From contig CAMWXE010000008.1 in assembly GCA_947178145.1 (NCBI GenBank), forward strand, positions 19,166-83,165: 64,000 bases of DNA, given 5' to 3'. Every line of letters starts with the position of its first letter. The stretch's first letter is position 1. The translations under genes and the position numbers were made by a program. The notes beneath the pieces are model-generated. The model ran no database searches. It saw only the letters and a program-made list of their open reading frames with translations, and was not told where the DNA came from. This DNA comes from an uncultured Lachnospiraceae bacterium (GTDB lineage Bacteria > Bacillota > Clostridia > Lachnospirales > Lachnospiraceae). Below are positions 61,305 through 64,000 of this stretch, piece after piece.

Positions 61305-61765
61305 TAGATAAGTCCTCCTTCCCAGGGCATAGGTCCCTCGCCCCATTCATATTTGTCTGAATCTGGCTTGCCAGTCACGATCGACAGCTGCGTCAGTGCA
61401 TTGTATTTGGCAGCGTAGTCGGCAAGTGTGTCCAGTCTTTTTTGAAGCAGCTCCCGCATCAGCTTGATTCCATGCTGACAGTCAGGATGCGTGTCGAGAT
61501 AGAGCGTCAAGTCGTTAATCGCAAATCCGATCATGGATATCTCATTCATCGCTTTCTCGCGCCCGGACAGTTTTGACTCGGCGGCCTTGTCACAGAAGGG
61601 ACATGGAATATCTTCCGCAGCGTAGAAATTCATGTTGAGGCACGGAAAGATCGTGCCATTATATAATGCAGAGTTCAGCTCGTAAGGCTCACACCACTCC
61701 TGCATAGGGAATGAGCCCATAGCTAAGGACTCCGGAGTACATTTGCAATTGGCAGAATTGTTCAT
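61304..61765 (-). CDS. cotJB: CotJA-CotJB fusion spore coat protein
   Basis: N-terminal LAM..PMQEW...ALYNGTIFPCL (CotJA); C-terminal DLTLYLDTHP...W..GPMPWE (CotJB). Confidence 0.85.
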   Translation of the reverse strand: MNNSANCKCTPESLAMGSFPMQEWCEPYELNSALYNGTIFPCLNMNFYAAEDIPCPFCDKAAESKLSGREKAMNEISMIGFAINDLTLYLDTHPDCQHGIKLMRELLQKRLDTLADYAAKYNALTQLSIVTGKPDSDKYEWGEGPMPWEGGLI

Positions 61766-61977
61766 AAAAACACCTCCATATTGGCAGGATTAACAGGTTA
61801 CCAATATTATTTTTTGAAAAAAGAGGTATAATATACTGGTTCATATTGGGAAGAATAAATCCATATCAACACTTGCAAAAATGATAAAAAGCTGATATAC
61901 CTTACATATATGCATGCGTGTTGCTGGAAATTTATGGTATCCAGAACGCTTCTATATATAAATGGGAGGATATAAAA

Positions 61978-62934
61978 ATGTACAGAGCGGGAATTGATTT
62001 AGGTGGAACGAATATCAAAGCAGGGATTATTGACGAAAATCAGACAATTTTAGCGCAGGCGTCCGTGCCGACAGGGGCAGAGCGGCCAGCGGAGGAAGTC
62101 ATAGCAGACATGGCACAACTCGTGCGGCAGCTGATGGAAACGCTAAAGATCGAGGAGAGGGAGCTTGCGGGTATCGGCGTTGGAGCGCCGGGACTTGTGG
62201 ACGCTCAGGCAGGAGTCGTGCGGTATTCCAACAACATTAGCTGGGAGAATGTAGCGCTCGTGCGGGAACTCGGAAATTATTTTTCCTGCAAAGTCTGTAT
62301 ATCCAACGATGCAAACTGCGCAGCGCTGGGGGAAGTCAGGGCGGGGGCCGCAAAGGATGTGTCCAACGCGATTCTGCTCACGCTCGGGACAGGCGTCGGC
62401 GGCGGTATTATCCTGAATGGAAAAGTGTTTGAGGGAAGCAACGCGGGAGGGGCAGAGCTCGGGCACACCAGCATGATTCTGGGGGGAGAGCCCTGTACCT
62501 GCGGCAGGCGCGGCTGTGTGGAGGCATATGTATCTGCCACAGCGCTGATCCGGGATGCAAAGCGGGCTGCCGCTGCAGACAAACGATCGCTGCTTAATCA
62601 AATGTGTGACGGAAAGATTGAGAATATGAATGGTAAGATTCCGTTTGATGCGGCGCTTGAGGGAGATAAGACCGCGAAAGAGGTCGTTGAGAATTATTAT
62701 ACATATCTGGCAGAAGCCATTGCGAACTATGTCAATATCTTTCGTCCGGATGTCGTACTCCTGTCAGGGGGGATTTGCAATCAGGGAAGCCGCCTGACGA
62801 AGCCGGTGGAGGAGCATTTAAGCTTCCTGTGCTTTGGCGGAGACAGGGCCTTTGTGCCGCCAGTGCGATGCGCTGTTCTGGGGAATGATGCCGGTATCAT
62901 CGGCGCTGCCAATCTACTGGGGCAAAACAGTTAG
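61978..62934 (+). CDS. ROK-family sugar kinase (glucokinase-like)
   Basis: GIDLGGT, NDANCAALGE, LGTGVGGG, ELGH, CTCGRRGCVE. Confidence 0.93.
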   Translation: MYRAGIDLGGTNIKAGIIDENQTILAQASVPTGAERPAEEVIADMAQLVRQLMETLKIEERELAGIGVGAPGLVDAQAGVVRYSNNISWENVALVRELGNYFSCKVCISNDANCAALGEVRAGAAKDVSNAILLTLGTGVGGGIILNGKVFEGSNAGGAELGHTSMILGGEPCTCGRRGCVEAYVSATALIRDAKRAAAADKRSLLNQMCDGKIENMNGKIPFDAALEGDKTAKEVVENYYTYLAEAIANYVNIFRPDVVLLSGGICNQGSRLTKPVEEHLSFLCFGGDRAFVPPVRCAVLGNDAGIIGAANLLGQNS

Positions 62935-62949
62935 AAAGCCAGGTAAAAA

Positions 62950-63582
62950 ATGAGTAAAATAGATAAGAATAAGCAGATAAAGCGGGAATCCCTTCTGGAG
63001 ACAGCGTTTAAGCTCTTTACCAGCAAGGGAATCCACAAAACTTCCATATCGGATATTGTGGAGGATGCCGGGGTGGCCAAGGGAACCTTTTATCTGTATT
63101 TTAAGGACAAATATGACATCAGGAACAAACTGATCGCCCACAAGTCGGGCGAGGTGTTTCGAAAGGCGGAGCGCGCGCTGGAAGCAACCGATATCACAGA
63201 GCTTGAGGAGAGAGTGATCTTTTTGATTGACAATATTGTCAACCAGCTCGTGGAGAACAAGACACTGTTGGGCTTTATATCCAAGAACCTCAGCTGGGGC
63301 GTGTTCAAAAATGTGCTCATCGGGGCCGGGAATGACAGCGAGGTTGATTTTTACGATATTTATCATTCGATGTTCGGGGATGAGGGCAGATATGAGAATC
63401 CTGAAGTGATGGTTTTTATGATGATCGAACTTGTGGGTTCCACCTGTTATAGTACGATTCTGTACAATGAACCAGTGGGGATTGACGAACTGAAACCGTA
63501 TCTGTTTCGCACGATCAGGGGAATTATGGCGATGCACCGCACCGCAGTCCGGCCGGGAGCAGAAAATGGTTTACAATATTAA
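62950..63582 (+). CDS. TetR/AcrR-family transcriptional regulator
   Basis: TSISDIVEDAGVAKGTFYLYFKDK. Confidence 0.93.
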   Translation: MSKIDKNKQIKRESLLETAFKLFTSKGIHKTSISDIVEDAGVAKGTFYLYFKDKYDIRNKLIAHKSGEVFRKAERALEATDITELEERVIFLIDNIVNQLVENKTLLGFISKNLSWGVFKNVLIGAGNDSEVDFYDIYHSMFGDEGRYENPEVMVFMMIELVGSTCYSTILYNEPVGIDELKPYLFRTIRGIMAMHRTAVRPGAENGLQY

Positions 63583-63596
63583 TTTTGCAAAAAGTA

Positions 63597-63623
63597 TAAA
63601 GTAAATGAAAAATAATCCGATAA
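63597..63623 (+). promoter_or_regulatory. sigma-28 promoter of flgM
   Basis: TAAA-N15-TCCGATAA. Confidence 0.65.
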
Positions 63624-63718
63624 ATTAAGTATAAAAATAAATTATGTAACTATTTGTCATGAAATAGTTGCGGATTGATAACAGAAATAATTGACTAGTT
63701 TGGAAGGAGGAGTCCGGT

Positions 63719-63997
63719 ATGCGTATAGATGCCTATAACCAAATACAGCAGATCTACGGAACACAAAAGTTAACAAAAACTGAGAAGAAGGCAGCAGGAG
63801 CAAGCTTTCAGGATCAGCTTATGCTCTCAGCGACAGCTCAGGATGCTTCCATAGCAAAGAAGGCAGTAGCTGCAACACCTGACGTGCGCCAGAATCTTGT
63901 AAATTCCATCAAGGAACGCATCGATAATGACACTTATGAGGTAGATATGGAGGATTTTGCAGGAAAGTTGTTAGAGAGATACAATGGCCTGTTTTAA
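63719..63997 (+). CDS. flgM: flagellar anti-sigma-28 factor FlgM
   Basis: MRIDAYNQIQQIY, DQLMLS, PDVR..LV..IKERI..TYEV. Confidence 0.9.
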   Translation: MRIDAYNQIQQIYGTQKLTKTEKKAAGASFQDQLMLSATAQDASIAKKAVAATPDVRQNLVNSIKERIDNDTYEVDMEDFAGKLLERYNGLF

Positions 63998-64000
63998 GTG

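Overview
Lachnospiraceae-like (Clostridia) chromosomal segment. The first ~18.5 kb is an AT-richer accessory/defence island. It carries a membrane protein, a soluble VirD4/TraG-like ATPase and a ClpP cluster, then a type VI-A CRISPR locus: cas13a (two intact RxxxxH HEPN motifs) and a ChW/CHAP cell-wall hydrolase lie between two duplicated leader-array-trailer units (37-nt repeat; 8 and 9 spacers), with no cas1/cas2 in the window. Directly after array 2 is a tight three-gene operon that I cannot assign to a named system: a PP2C phosphatase; a 947-aa protein with repeated helical modules and a phage baseplate-J-like insert; and a Ser/Thr kinase-RNase H-like (DUF3800-type)-TPR fusion. This operon is the best candidate for an undescribed defence system. 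The rest is mostly ordinary: Na/Pi cotransporter, gdhA, a PARG-like/hybrid kinase/HD operon, an ECF sigma/anti-sigma pair, DUF3160/CapA, a Wadjet-like jetABC without jetD, rarA, an SPFH operon, a split BceRS/BceAB-like module, a two-component system, cotJ genes, a ROK kinase, TetR and flgM, plus several MITE-like palindromic elements. All calls come from reading motifs by eye; no searches were run.
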